Shown here: positions 1 through 7,355 of the stretch, piece after piece | Layout of the letters: every line of letters starts with the position of its first letter | Position numbering within the stretch: the first letter of the stretch is position 1 | NCBI GenBank assembly: GCA_964520025.1 | Contig: CAZFMD010000001.1 | Location: forward strand, 1 to 55,929 | Source: an uncultured Spirochaetaceae bacterium | Lineage (GTDB): Bacteria > Spirochaetota > Spirochaetia > SZUA-6 > DRHE01 | Direction of reading: 5' to 3' | Length of the DNA: 55,929 nucleotides | Notes under the pieces: model-generated | Database searches by the model: none | Seen by the model: the letters and a program-made list of their open reading frames with translations, nothing else | What the model was told of the DNA's origin: nothing | Program-made: the position numbers and the translations under genes

Positions 1-279
1 ATGCCCGCCGGGCATCCAGGAATGTACGAACCTTGCCCAGCATCTCGAGGAAATTATGCATCGAGATGTCGACGTAGTACGCGTTCACCACGTCGATAAA
101 ACGGCTCATGTGGGTGCCTTTGAACTCGTGGGGAAGGTCGGCGTACATGTTGATCGTGGCCACCGTGGTCTGAGTTTGATTTTTCTTGTCCAGTACCTGA
201 ATCGGATACTTGACGTTTTTCACCCCGACTTTCTGGATTTCGATACGCCGCGGGTCGTGCTGATTTTGGACGTCTTTCA
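1..279 (-). CDS. folE2: GTP cyclohydrolase IB (FolE2/MptA type), N-terminal part; gene runs off the left window edge
   Basis: Own translation of the minus strand from ATG 279-277 gives MKDVQNQHDPRRIEIQKVGVKNVKYPIQVLDKKNQTQTTVATINMYADLPHEFKGTHMSRFIDVV... The VGV.NV.YPI and LP...KGTHMSRF blocks are what I remember as FolE2 signatures. The ORF track misses it because it is truncated. Confidence 0.75.
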
Positions 280-290
280 TGCTTATACTG

Positions 291-1547
291 CTACACTTCC
301 ACTGTGGATTGATCGAAGGAGTACTGCACATCCTGAAATTGAGCGCGAAACTCCTTTACCTGATCCCCCACGTACTTGCCGCCGATCAGGCATCTCGTGA
401 AAAACTCGGCGATGACCTCCATCTCTTTTTCCTTCATCCCGAAACGGGTCATCTCCTGCACACCCAACCGGATTCCCGCGGGATTGGCCACGTTCTCCAG
501 GGGTTCATGGGGAAGCAGGTTCATATTGAGGATGATGTTGTTGTCTTTCAGGTGTCGAGCCACCTCGTCGCCACCGCCGAACTCGGTAACATCCACGGCC
601 AGCTGATGGCTCTCCGTGTAGCCAAACTCCTGCCCCTGCACTTGAATGCCCGCTTCGTGCATCTTCGCGCCCAGATGCTTGGCGTTGGCGATAACCTGTT
701 CGGCGTATTGCTGACCGAACTCCATCATCTCATACACGGTAATGGCCAGAGGCACCAGGGTGTCCAGATGATGGTTGGAGGAGGAGCCGGGAAAGGCGCC
801 CTTGTCGATTTTGCGCCACTCGTTTTCCCCCGCGTTGCTGAGGATGATGCCCCGCTGGGATCCGAAGAAGGTTTTGTGCACGCTGCCGGTTATCAGCAGC
901 GCCCCTTCTTTCAGCGGATTCTGGAACTGTCCCCCGGCGATCAGCCCCAGCACGTGGGCTCCGTCGTACAGCAATGCGATGTTCCGCTCCCTGCAGATAT
1001 CGACCAGCTCCGCAATGGGTTCGGGAAAGAGGAACAGGCTCTTGCCGAAGATCAGGACCTTCGGAGAAACGGCGCGAATCAGCTCGATGGTCCGCTGTAC
1101 GTCGATGTGATAGCCGTCGGGGGTCAACGGGAAGTTCACGATGTTGGTCGTATACTTGCCCACGGATCCGGCCCGGTGGTGACTGATATGACCGCCCCCC
1201 GGCGTGGAGTTGACCATAACCACATCACCGGGACGAATGAAGCGGCTGAACACCGCGTCGTTGGCTATGGTTCCGCTGATCGGCCGCACATCGACCTGCC
1301 GGCAATGGAAGAGGCTCTTCATGTGTTTCTTGAGGCGGCTCTCCACCTCGTCGATCAGCTCCGTGCCCTGATAGTAACGTTCACCGGGATGTCCTTCGGC
1401 GTAGCGGTGGGCAAAATCCGAGCCCAAAGAATGGCGCGCCCGATTACTCAATACGTTCTCACTGGCGATGAGGTTGAGGGTGCTGCTGCGCCATTGATTC
1501 TGCTTTTTAACGATCTCTTCGATCTGGGAAACGTTACGTTCGTACAT
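291..1547 (-). CDS. glyA: Serine hydroxymethyltransferase, archaeal-like subtype
   Basis: 418-aa ORF with LIASENVLS, RYAEGHPGERYYQG and a PLP-Lys block GSVHKTFFG. It carries GGGHISHH instead of the bacterial GGHLTHG. Confidence 0.9.
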   Translation of the reverse strand: MYERNVSQIEEIVKKQNQWRSSTLNLIASENVLSNRARHSLGSDFAHRYAEGHPGERYYQGTELIDEVESRLKKHMKSLFHCRQVDVRPISGTIANDAVFSRFIRPGDVVMVNSTPGGGHISHHRAGSVGKYTTNIVNFPLTPDGYHIDVQRTIELIRAVSPKVLIFGKSLFLFPEPIAELVDICRERNIALLYDGAHVLGLIAGGQFQNPLKEGALLITGSVHKTFFGSQRGIILSNAGENEWRKIDKGAFPGSSSNHHLDTLVPLAITVYEMMEFGQQYAEQVIANAKHLGAKMHEAGIQVQGQEFGYTESHQLAVDVTEFGGGDEVARHLKDNNIILNMNLLPHEPLENVANPAGIRLGVQEMTRFGMKEKEMEVIAEFFTRCLIGGKYVGDQVKEFRAQFQDVQYSFDQSTVEV

Positions 1548-1557
1548 GCTGGGCTTT

Positions 1558-1587
1558 ACAATATCCCTTCGCCGCCGGGGTGGTCAA
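1558..1587 (-). promoter_or_regulatory. Candidate sigma-70 promoter for glyA (TTGACC-18-TATTGT); the -10 ends 10 nt before the ATG
   Basis: The reverse complement reads TTGACC accccggcggcgaaggga TATTGT aaagcccagc ATG. There is no Shine-Dalgarno in the 10-nt gap. Confidence 0.35.
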
Positions 1588-1646
1588 TAAGTCGCTCGAC
1601 TTTCGATAGCAGAACTGTATGGGGCTGAGCCTTGGATCGCGGCCCG

Positions 1647-2006
1647 CTACTCGCCGCCCTCCAGGTATCGCTGCAGGATCGCTACAAGCTCTTCGATTGT
1701 GTCCCGGGGCATCCGCTCCAGCCGGGACTCCATGATCCCGGCCAGCTGTTCGAGCTCCTGGGTCGCCTGGATAGCCTGCTCCAGGTCTACACTCAGATCT
1801 TCGATCTGCGAAACCCGCCGCTGCTGGGTCTCCAGCTCGGCTCTCAGCGTGGCGATCTCCTGTTCCAGCTCACTACGCGTTGCGGTTAGCTTCTGATCAA
1901 CCGACTCGCTGCTGGCAATCCCTACCCGCTCGGCCATGGTGGCGCAACCGGCCAGCAGGAGCAACGTCCAAGCGCCCAGCAGCGCCGCTGTGACTGTCCT
2001 TCTCAC
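1647..2006 (-). CDS. Small lipoprotein with a coiled-coil-like body, unknown function
   Basis: 119-aa ORF whose GTG start overlaps the upstream stop (GTGA at 2006-2003). It has a signal peptide with lipobox LLLAGC. The rest is E/Q/L-rich and heptad-like (ELEQEIATLRAELETQQRRVSQIEDL). Confidence 0.6.
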   Translation of the reverse strand: MRRTVTAALLGAWTLLLLAGCATMAERVGIASSESVDQKLTATRSELEQEIATLRAELETQQRRVSQIEDLSVDLEQAIQATQELEQLAGIMESRLERMPRDTIEELVAILQRYLEGGE

Positions 2007-2908
2007 CTTTCGTGCTCCTCGTCGAACTTCTTGATCTTCTCCAGTACTGTTTCCCTGGCCTCCTCGTAGATCTGGCTGATCATCGGGTCCCGGAAGTTGA
2101 ATACCCGCTCCTCGAAGCTCGTCGACTCCAGACGGTCGAACAGCCGAGCCTTGGCCTCCTCCAGGCTCTTGCCGTAGATGTGGTAGGAATCGGCCTGCCA
2201 GTTCATCCGCCCCAATTCCACGGTTTTGCCGCTGCGGCGGGCAATCTCATCGGCGATGAGCTGTCTGTTGAACTGGATGAATCCGAACATGTTCATGAAG
2301 TTGGCTCCCCAGGCATCGTTGGAGCGAAAACGAACGTTGCAGTTCAGCCAGGCGGTTGCCTCCTCGTCGAACAGCAGGCGGTACCAGATGGACTGCAGGC
2401 AGGGAGGGTCGTAGCAGTCGAAGTCGATGTTCGGCATCCAGGTAATCATCTGAGCCTGTCGGGTGTGGGGTTGCTCCACCAGCTTGCTGACAACCTGCTC
2501 GATCTGATCCACCGAAAATGCCCCCGCCTGAACGGACTGCCCGTCTCTCGCCTCCCGCCAGCTGCCGTAGCTGTTCAGGCGCTGATGATAGGTGTACTCC
2601 CAGCGGGTGTCGTCGGGATCGTTCATGTTCTTGATCCAGTGATCCTTGGCGCCGCAGAGCTCCAGGACGTACTCCTGGAGATCCTCGATTCCGCCGGGAA
2701 AGGCCTTGTGGATCATGGGATCTGCCCAGGGATCCAGCACGGTAATGTTCATGGTGGCATCGAGGCTCAGGGGATCACCGGGCCGGTCGTACTGGGTGGC
2801 GATGCGAGTTCCTTTCTCGTACAGTGAAATCAGGGCCCGCTCATAGGCCTCTGCCAAAGACCGCCCCTGGACAAACAATACCGGAATGTTTTTCATATCC
2901 TGTCCCAT
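2003..2908 (-). CDS. Thymidylate synthase / dCMP-hydroxymethylase superfamily enzyme (ThyA-like, divergent, archaeal-like)
   Basis: 301-aa ORF. Catalytic-type motifs seen by eye are the nucleophile Cys in DPPCLQS, RFRSNDAWG..FMN (the R-S-x-D block) and ADSYHIYG (the D-x-H-x-Y block). An alternative ATG lies at 2896. Confidence 0.7.
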   Translation of the reverse strand: MGQDMKNIPVLFVQGRSLAEAYERALISLYEKGTRIATQYDRPGDPLSLDATMNITVLDPWADPMIHKAFPGGIEDLQEYVLELCGAKDHWIKNMNDPDDTRWEYTYHQRLNSYGSWREARDGQSVQAGAFSVDQIEQVVSKLVEQPHTRQAQMITWMPNIDFDCYDPPCLQSIWYRLLFDEEATAWLNCNVRFRSNDAWGANFMNMFGFIQFNRQLIADEIARRSGKTVELGRMNWQADSYHIYGKSLEEAKARLFDRLESTSFEERVFNFRDPMISQIYEEARETVLEKIKKFDEEHER

Positions 2909-2972
2909 TTACCTTTCTAACACCTGGGGGGTGTGAAAATGTCACGCCCCGCAACGGTATCCTCCCCGTGCT

Positions 2973-4298
2973 CTAATGGCGGAAGCTGCGCTGTCCGGTG
3001 AACACCATGGCTACGTCGGCCTCATTACAGGCCTGGATCACCTCGAAGTCCCGCTCCGAGCCGCCCGGCTGGATCACGGCGCTGATCCCCTCCCGGATTC
3101 CCACCTCCACGCCGTCGCGGAAGGGGAAGAACGCGTCGGATACCATGCAGGCACCCTTCAAGCCCCCGCGCTGCTCCTTCACAGCCTCGTCGATCTCCCG
3201 CCTCTCCCGCTGCCCAGCCAGAAGATTGTAAGGTTTTCCGTGCCGCTGCCAGCAGATCCGGTCCCCCAGCTTGCGGTAGGCCTTGTCCCGGGCGATCTCC
3301 GCCACCCCGACCCGGTCCTGCTCTCCGGTGCCGATACCCACGGTCATCCCGTCCTTTACGTAGATCACCGAGTTGCTGGTTATACCGGATTCCACGAGCC
3401 AGCCGAACAACAGATCCCGGGCCTCCGCATCGGTGGGTGGCCTGGAAATGCGGTACTCCCGCCCCTTATAGGCGGCCCGGGCCGGAAGAAAATCCTCTAC
3501 GGTCAGGGTGCGGGGCGCATAGGACCACTGGGCCACGATCCCGCCGTCGATCAGGGTCTTGAAATCCACCGCCCGGGTACCCACGAACTCCTGCAGGCGC
3601 CGGATGTTGCCGATACGCATGACCCGCAGGTTCTTGCGCCTGCCCAGAATATCGAGAACCCCCTCAGCGAAAGCCGGGGCGGCCACCACCTCGCAGTACT
3701 GCTCGGCGATCAGCTGCGCGGTCTCCCTGTCCAGCTCCCGATTGATGGCGATCGCACCGCCGAAGGCGGCGAGCCTGTCCGCCATGTAGGCCCTCTGGTA
3801 GGACTCGGCCGGAGTTTCACCCAGAGCCACGCCGCAGGGATTGTTGTGCTTCACGATCACCGTGCAGGGGTCGTCCTGAAAGTAGCGCAGGATGTTGAGA
3901 GCGCTGTCAATGTCGGTGATGTTGATCTTGCCAGGATGCTTTCCCGACTGCAGCAGCTCAGGCTCGGAGGCCAGCAGGCGTCCCGGCTGGATGCTCTCCA
4001 CCTCCCCCAACGCGAGATTTCCCGACACCAGCTTGTACAACGCCGCTTCCTGATCGGGGTTCTCTCCGTAGCGCAGGCCCCTGTCCTGCCCCTCGATCCG
4101 CCAGGTCACCCGCCGGAACTCCAGGCATTGCCGCCTCCCCCCCTGGGAGAAACAGATCTCCAGGGTATCGGGGAAGTGGTCCTGAGTGATGCTGCGGTAG
4201 GCGGATCGCAGGCTGCCCTGCGGGCTGCGCCCACCTTGCGGGCTGCGCTCGGTCTTGCGGCCGGACTTCTTCCCGCCGGCGTGTTTCGGTTCACCCAT
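2973..4298 (-). CDS. purH: AICAR transformylase domain protein (C-terminal half of PurH as a separate gene)
   Basis: Motifs LRYGENPDQ, VKHNNPCGVA and SDAFFPFRDG. ATG 4298 is preceded by GGAGG 7 nt upstream and overlaps the upstream stop (TGATG). The ORF track extends it to GTG 4301. The N-terminal ~45 aa are K/R/G/S/P-rich low complexity. Confidence 0.85.
   Translation of the reverse strand: MGEPKHAGGKKSGRKTERSPQGGRSPQGSLRSAYRSITQDHFPDTLEICFSQGGRRQCLEFRRVTWRIEGQDRGLRYGENPDQEAALYKLVSGNLALGEVESIQPGRLLASEPELLQSGKHPGKINITDIDSALNILRYFQDDPCTVIVKHNNPCGVALGETPAESYQRAYMADRLAAFGGAIAINRELDRETAQLIAEQYCEVVAAPAFAEGVLDILGRRKNLRVMRIGNIRRLQEFVGTRAVDFKTLIDGGIVAQWSYAPRTLTVEDFLPARAAYKGREYRISRPPTDAEARDLLFGWLVESGITSNSVIYVKDGMTVGIGTGEQDRVGVAEIARDKAYRKLGDRICWQRHGKPYNLLAGQRERREIDEAVKEQRGGLKGACMVSDAFFPFRDGVEVGIREGISAVIQPGGSERDFEVIQACNEADVAMVFTGQRSFRH
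4218..4248. repeat. 18-nt-period tandem duplication inside the purH linker-coding region
   Basis: cTGCGGGCTGCGC at 4218-4230 and tTGCGGGCTGCGC at 4236-4248. On the minus strand this encodes the repeated SPQGGRSPQG. Confidence 0.6.
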
Positions 4299-4975
4299 CA
4301 CAGCACCTCCGGGTAACTGCCGCGAACCTGCTGCCGCGTGCAGGATCCCAGATAGGCGGCGATTGCCGTGTCGTATTCGGCGGTATAGGCGAAGGTCTTC
4401 TGAGCCAGGCGGAAGCGGGTGGCCAGGGACAGACAGCCGTGGGCTTGTTCCAGCTCCGCGGTGATCGCCCCGTAGTCTCCCGGGTCCACGACAGAAGCGA
4501 CCCGCAGGTAGTTCTTGGCCGCCGCCCGGATCATGCAGGGACCGCCTATATCGATGTTGGCCCGGGCCTGCTCCGGAGTCACCTCCTCCTGGGCCACCGT
4601 GTTCCGGAAGGGGTAGAGGTTGGCCACCACCATGTCGATGGCCACGGCCCCGGTCCGCGCCAGGTCCTGCCGGTGAGCGGGGTTGTAGGTCTCGCTCAAC
4701 AGTCCCAGATAGATTCTGAAATCCAGAGTCTTGACCAGCCCGCCCTGCATCTCCGGCTGTCCCGTATATTCAGATACGGCCACCAGCCGATCCGCTTTGG
4801 AATCACCGAGGATGTCGGCAATCACCCGGTAGGTCCCCCCGGTTGAGTAGAGGACCATCTCGGGGTTGATGCGCAGAAGCTCCGGAACGAGGGTGGCCAG
4901 CCCGCCCTTGTCGTAGGCGCTTACCAGCACCCGCTTGATTTTCACACTGTCGTCTATTTTTTCTACGAAGTTCAT
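4298..4975 (-). CDS. purH: IMP cyclohydrolase (MGS-like) domain protein (N-terminal half of PurH as a separate gene)
   Basis: 225-aa ORF with RVLVSAYDKGG, YSTGGT, EYTGQPEMQGGLVKTL, VANLYPF and NIDIGGPCMIRAAAKN, which is colinear with the PurH N-terminal domain. Confidence 0.85.
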   Translation of the reverse strand: MNFVEKIDDSVKIKRVLVSAYDKGGLATLVPELLRINPEMVLYSTGGTYRVIADILGDSKADRLVAVSEYTGQPEMQGGLVKTLDFRIYLGLLSETYNPAHRQDLARTGAVAIDMVVANLYPFRNTVAQEEVTPEQARANIDIGGPCMIRAAAKNYLRVASVVDPGDYGAITAELEQAHGCLSLATRFRLAQKTFAYTAEYDTAIAAYLGSCTRQQVRGSYPEVL

Positions 4976-4987
4976 GGGTGCATATGT

Positions 4988-5014
4988 AAAAGAAAATAGG
5001 CCTTGTGTAAAGGC
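4988..5014 (-). terminator. Weak intrinsic-terminator-like hairpin after the GPH transporter
   Basis: The minus-strand RNA reads GCCUU-UACAC-AAGGC followed by CUAUUUUCUUUU. The stem is only 5 bp. Confidence 0.3.
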
Positions 5015-5020
5015 GTTTGG

Positions 5021-6394
5021 CTACGAACCGGGCTGGATTTTTCGCTCCTTTTCCATCTCCTTGATCTTCTCCTGCAGCTCGGCATAGCGCTTTTCATTCA
5101 GAGGGTAGAAGGCCAGCAGCACGGCGGCCGCCACGAAGAACACCCCGGCCACCGGCCCGAACATGAGCCGAATGCCCAGCCGAGCCAAGGGGGTCTGGGC
5201 AACCTCGGGGATGTAGCCGGTAACCTGGAGGATCAGCCCGACCAGGGGGAGTGCCAACAGACCCTGACCCGCCTTGCTGAACAGGGTCCACACGCCGTAG
5301 TAACCGCCCTCCATCCGTTCGCCAGTTTGCAGATAGCCGTACTCCACGGTGTCCGGGATCATGGCCCAGGGCATGGGATAGTGGGTGGACAGGCCGATTC
5401 CGGCAATGAACATCATCACGAAAACGAATGTCGTGCCCAGCTGGTGCCCCAGGGCAAAGACCAGCATGCAGGCCACCGCCATGATCAGCACTCCGACCGC
5501 ATAGGTGGTTTTCTTGCCGATCCTCTTGGAAATCCGCACGGCCACGGGTATGAAGATCATGGCCGTAACCAGCAGGATCAACAGAGCAATCGTGGTCAGG
5601 TTTTCCTTCTCCTGGATGTACTTGAAGTAGTAGATCATGGTGGCGCTGACTATGGAAACGCCGACCATGCACATCATGTAGGTCAGAAGGATGAAGATAA
5701 AAGGCTTTGTCTTGAATACGCAGAGGTAGGACTTGAGAAAAGCGGTTTTCGGTTTGGACGCTTCGGTCAGCTCCGGCTCCCGCACCGAGAAAAAGGTAAC
5801 AAGGGTAGCCGCCATCATTACAGCGCCGAAAATGATGCCCATCACGGAGAATCCGATGTTCTTGTTGGGCAGGGCGTTGATCAGGGGCAGCGCCGCCCCG
5901 GCCCCGATCAAGGTGCCGATGACCATGAACACGGCCCGATAGCCGTTGAGGCTGCTGCGTTCATGGTAGTCCTTGGTCAGCTCCGGTGTTAAGGAGGAGT
6001 ATGGAACGTTCACCACGGTGAAGGCGGTGCTGAGGAAGCAGTAAGCCGCCACCGCCCAAACGAACAGGGCGGCGGGATTGCTCAACCGGGGATTGGTGAA
6101 CAGGATGATCATGGCGATGAACCAAATGAAAGACCCGAACAGCAGATAGGGTCGGCGCCGGCCCCAGCGGGTCCGGGTTCTGTCAGAGATAAATCCCATC
6201 AACGGGTCGGTAATCGCATCCCAGACTTTGCCGATTCCAAAGGCGAGTCCCGCAATCCCCGCGGCAAGGCCCACCGTATCTGTGAAGTAGTTCAGCAACC
6301 AGAAGGCGACCACCGTGAAGTAGAGGTTGCCCCCGACATCCCCTATCCCGAAGCCGAGCTTGACCTTTACCGGGAGTTTCTGATTCTCTTCCAT
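5021..6394 (-). CDS. GPH-family glycoside/pentoside/hexuronide:cation symporter (MelB/YicJ-like)
   Basis: Contains GFGIGDVGGNL, KVWDAITDPLMGFISDRTRTRWGRRRPY and about 12 TM segments. The start was trimmed to ATG 6394, which has GGAGGAGG upstream; the ORF-track start 6517 is a TTG extension. Confidence 0.85.
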   Translation of the reverse strand: MEENQKLPVKVKLGFGIGDVGGNLYFTVVAFWLLNYFTDTVGLAAGIAGLAFGIGKVWDAITDPLMGFISDRTRTRWGRRRPYLLFGSFIWFIAMIILFTNPRLSNPAALFVWAVAAYCFLSTAFTVVNVPYSSLTPELTKDYHERSSLNGYRAVFMVIGTLIGAGAALPLINALPNKNIGFSVMGIIFGAVMMAATLVTFFSVREPELTEASKPKTAFLKSYLCVFKTKPFIFILLTYMMCMVGVSIVSATMIYYFKYIQEKENLTTIALLILLVTAMIFIPVAVRISKRIGKKTTYAVGVLIMAVACMLVFALGHQLGTTFVFVMMFIAGIGLSTHYPMPWAMIPDTVEYGYLQTGERMEGGYYGVWTLFSKAGQGLLALPLVGLILQVTGYIPEVAQTPLARLGIRLMFGPVAGVFFVAAAVLLAFYPLNEKRYAELQEKIKEMEKERKIQPGS

Positions 6395-6488
6395 GTGCCA
6401 GATCCTCCTCCACAACCGTAATGTCCTATTCTGATCCCTCTTGGATGTGCGGTCAAGCGGATGTTTGTATAGCTGTTCGGCTCGGTAT

Positions 6489-6515
6489 GACCCTGCACCT
6501 GGCAGCTGCAGGGTC
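6489..6515 (-). terminator. GC-rich 9-bp hairpin downstream of the DUF364 gene (no U-tract)
   Basis: GACCCTGCA-N9-TGCAGGGTC perfect inverted repeat, 27 nt after the stop at 6542. Confidence 0.4.
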
Positions 6516-6541
6516 AAACGAATGCGCGGCTTACGCGCGGC

Positions 6542-7297
6542 TCAGTCCAGAAGGATGTTGAACTTGGTAGTGTAGTCTTTGAAAAAGCGAAAGCCCCCGC
6601 CCTCACCGATAATGCGGAACACCGCATCAGGATCGTCGACCCGTATTCCCGAGAGGCAGTGAACCGGAAGGCCCCGAAAGGCTTCGGCCAGAAGAGGGGT
6701 GGAGGGCCCGAGGATAGCCACCTCCCGGCAGCCGGCGGCCAACCGAAGCAGATTGTCGATCGTAGCATTGATGAGTGAAGTGCCGGTGATAATTGCTACC
6801 TGGCTTTCGGGCAGAAGCTGCTCAACCCTTTCTGCCGGTTCGGCTCCCGGTTTGGCGACCTGATCCACGGTGCGTACCTGTACGGAAAGATTTCCCAGCT
6901 TTTCCAGCACCGGCAGGAAGCAGCCGACCATACAGATCCGATCCCCCTTGCGGATGTCCAGGTGATCGAGTATATCTCCTCCGAGGGCACGGGGATCGGG
7001 GTATGAATCGGCAATCACCGCGTTGGAGGCGGCCATACCCAGGGCCGAGCTTACAAGATCCTCCGAGCCGAGGTGCTCGATCAGCTGATCCGCTGCCCTC
7101 CCGGCCAGATTGCCCTGACCGCTCAGGCCGGCCCCGCAGGGCCGATCGGAGCGCTGGGCCGGGAATGTAAAAGCCACCCCGGTGGTCCCACTGTCCAGCT
7201 GAACCGCACAGTAGATCAAGCCGATCTGAGCGCGCCGCACCTGTCTGCCCGCCGCCTGATCCATGATATGGCTGCGGATCGTGTCTGATACCTTCAT
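6542..7297 (-). CDS. DUF364/DUF4213-type protein (Rossmann-like, putative chelatase-like), function unknown
   Basis: The ORF was trimmed to MKVSDTIRS (ATG 7297, AGGAA upstream). Family assignment rests on my memory of the overall pattern (CAVQLDSG.TGVAF ... ICMVG.F.P ... AIITGTSLIN.T). Confidence 0.55.
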   Translation of the reverse strand: MKVSDTIRSHIMDQAAGRQVRRAQIGLIYCAVQLDSGTTGVAFTFPAQRSDRPCGAGLSGQGNLAGRAADQLIEHLGSEDLVSSALGMAASNAVIADSYPDPRALGGDILDHLDIRKGDRICMVGCFLPVLEKLGNLSVQVRTVDQVAKPGAEPAERVEQLLPESQVAIITGTSLINATIDNLLRLAAGCREVAILGPSTPLLAEAFRGLPVHCLSGIRVDDPDAVFRIIGEGGGFRFFKDYTTKFNILLD

Positions 7298-7313
7298 AGT
7301 TGCATTCCTATCG

Positions 7314-7343
7314 TTGGCTGTTTGTCGTGCCTTAGTGTACACT
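7314..7343 (+). promoter_or_regulatory. Candidate manA promoter (TTGGCT-18-TACACT), with the 10-bp palindrome AGTGTACACT (7334-7343) over the -10
   Basis: Read directly from the sequence. The -10 ends 12 nt before ATG 7356 and no SD is present. Confidence 0.4.
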
Positions 7344-7355
7344 GTCATTCACTAT

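Noticed and set aside
279-4316. Plus-strand ORFs 279-1628 (449 aa) and 2976-4316 (446 aa)
   Set aside because: They are antisense to glyA and the AICAR transformylase gene, both of which have unambiguous enzyme motifs. The plus-strand translations show no motifs and skewed composition.
2973-4975. Split purH as a frameshifted pseudogene
   Set aside because: Both halves are full-length domains with intact motifs. The second has its own ATG with a well-spaced GGAGG and a TGATG coupling overlap. I cannot exclude a sequencing indel without reads, so it is kept as a finding rather than called a pseudogene.
5021-6517. N-terminal extensions given by the ORF track (also 6542-7348, 7263, 12885, 14840, 14873, 30332, 30564, 36696, 44989, 51648, 54951)
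   Set aside because: In each case an internal ATG (or a TTG/GTG for 45064) is preceded by a GGAGG-like site or gives the family-typical N-terminus or signal peptide. The upstream extension overlaps a neighbouring gene or intergenic promoter elements.
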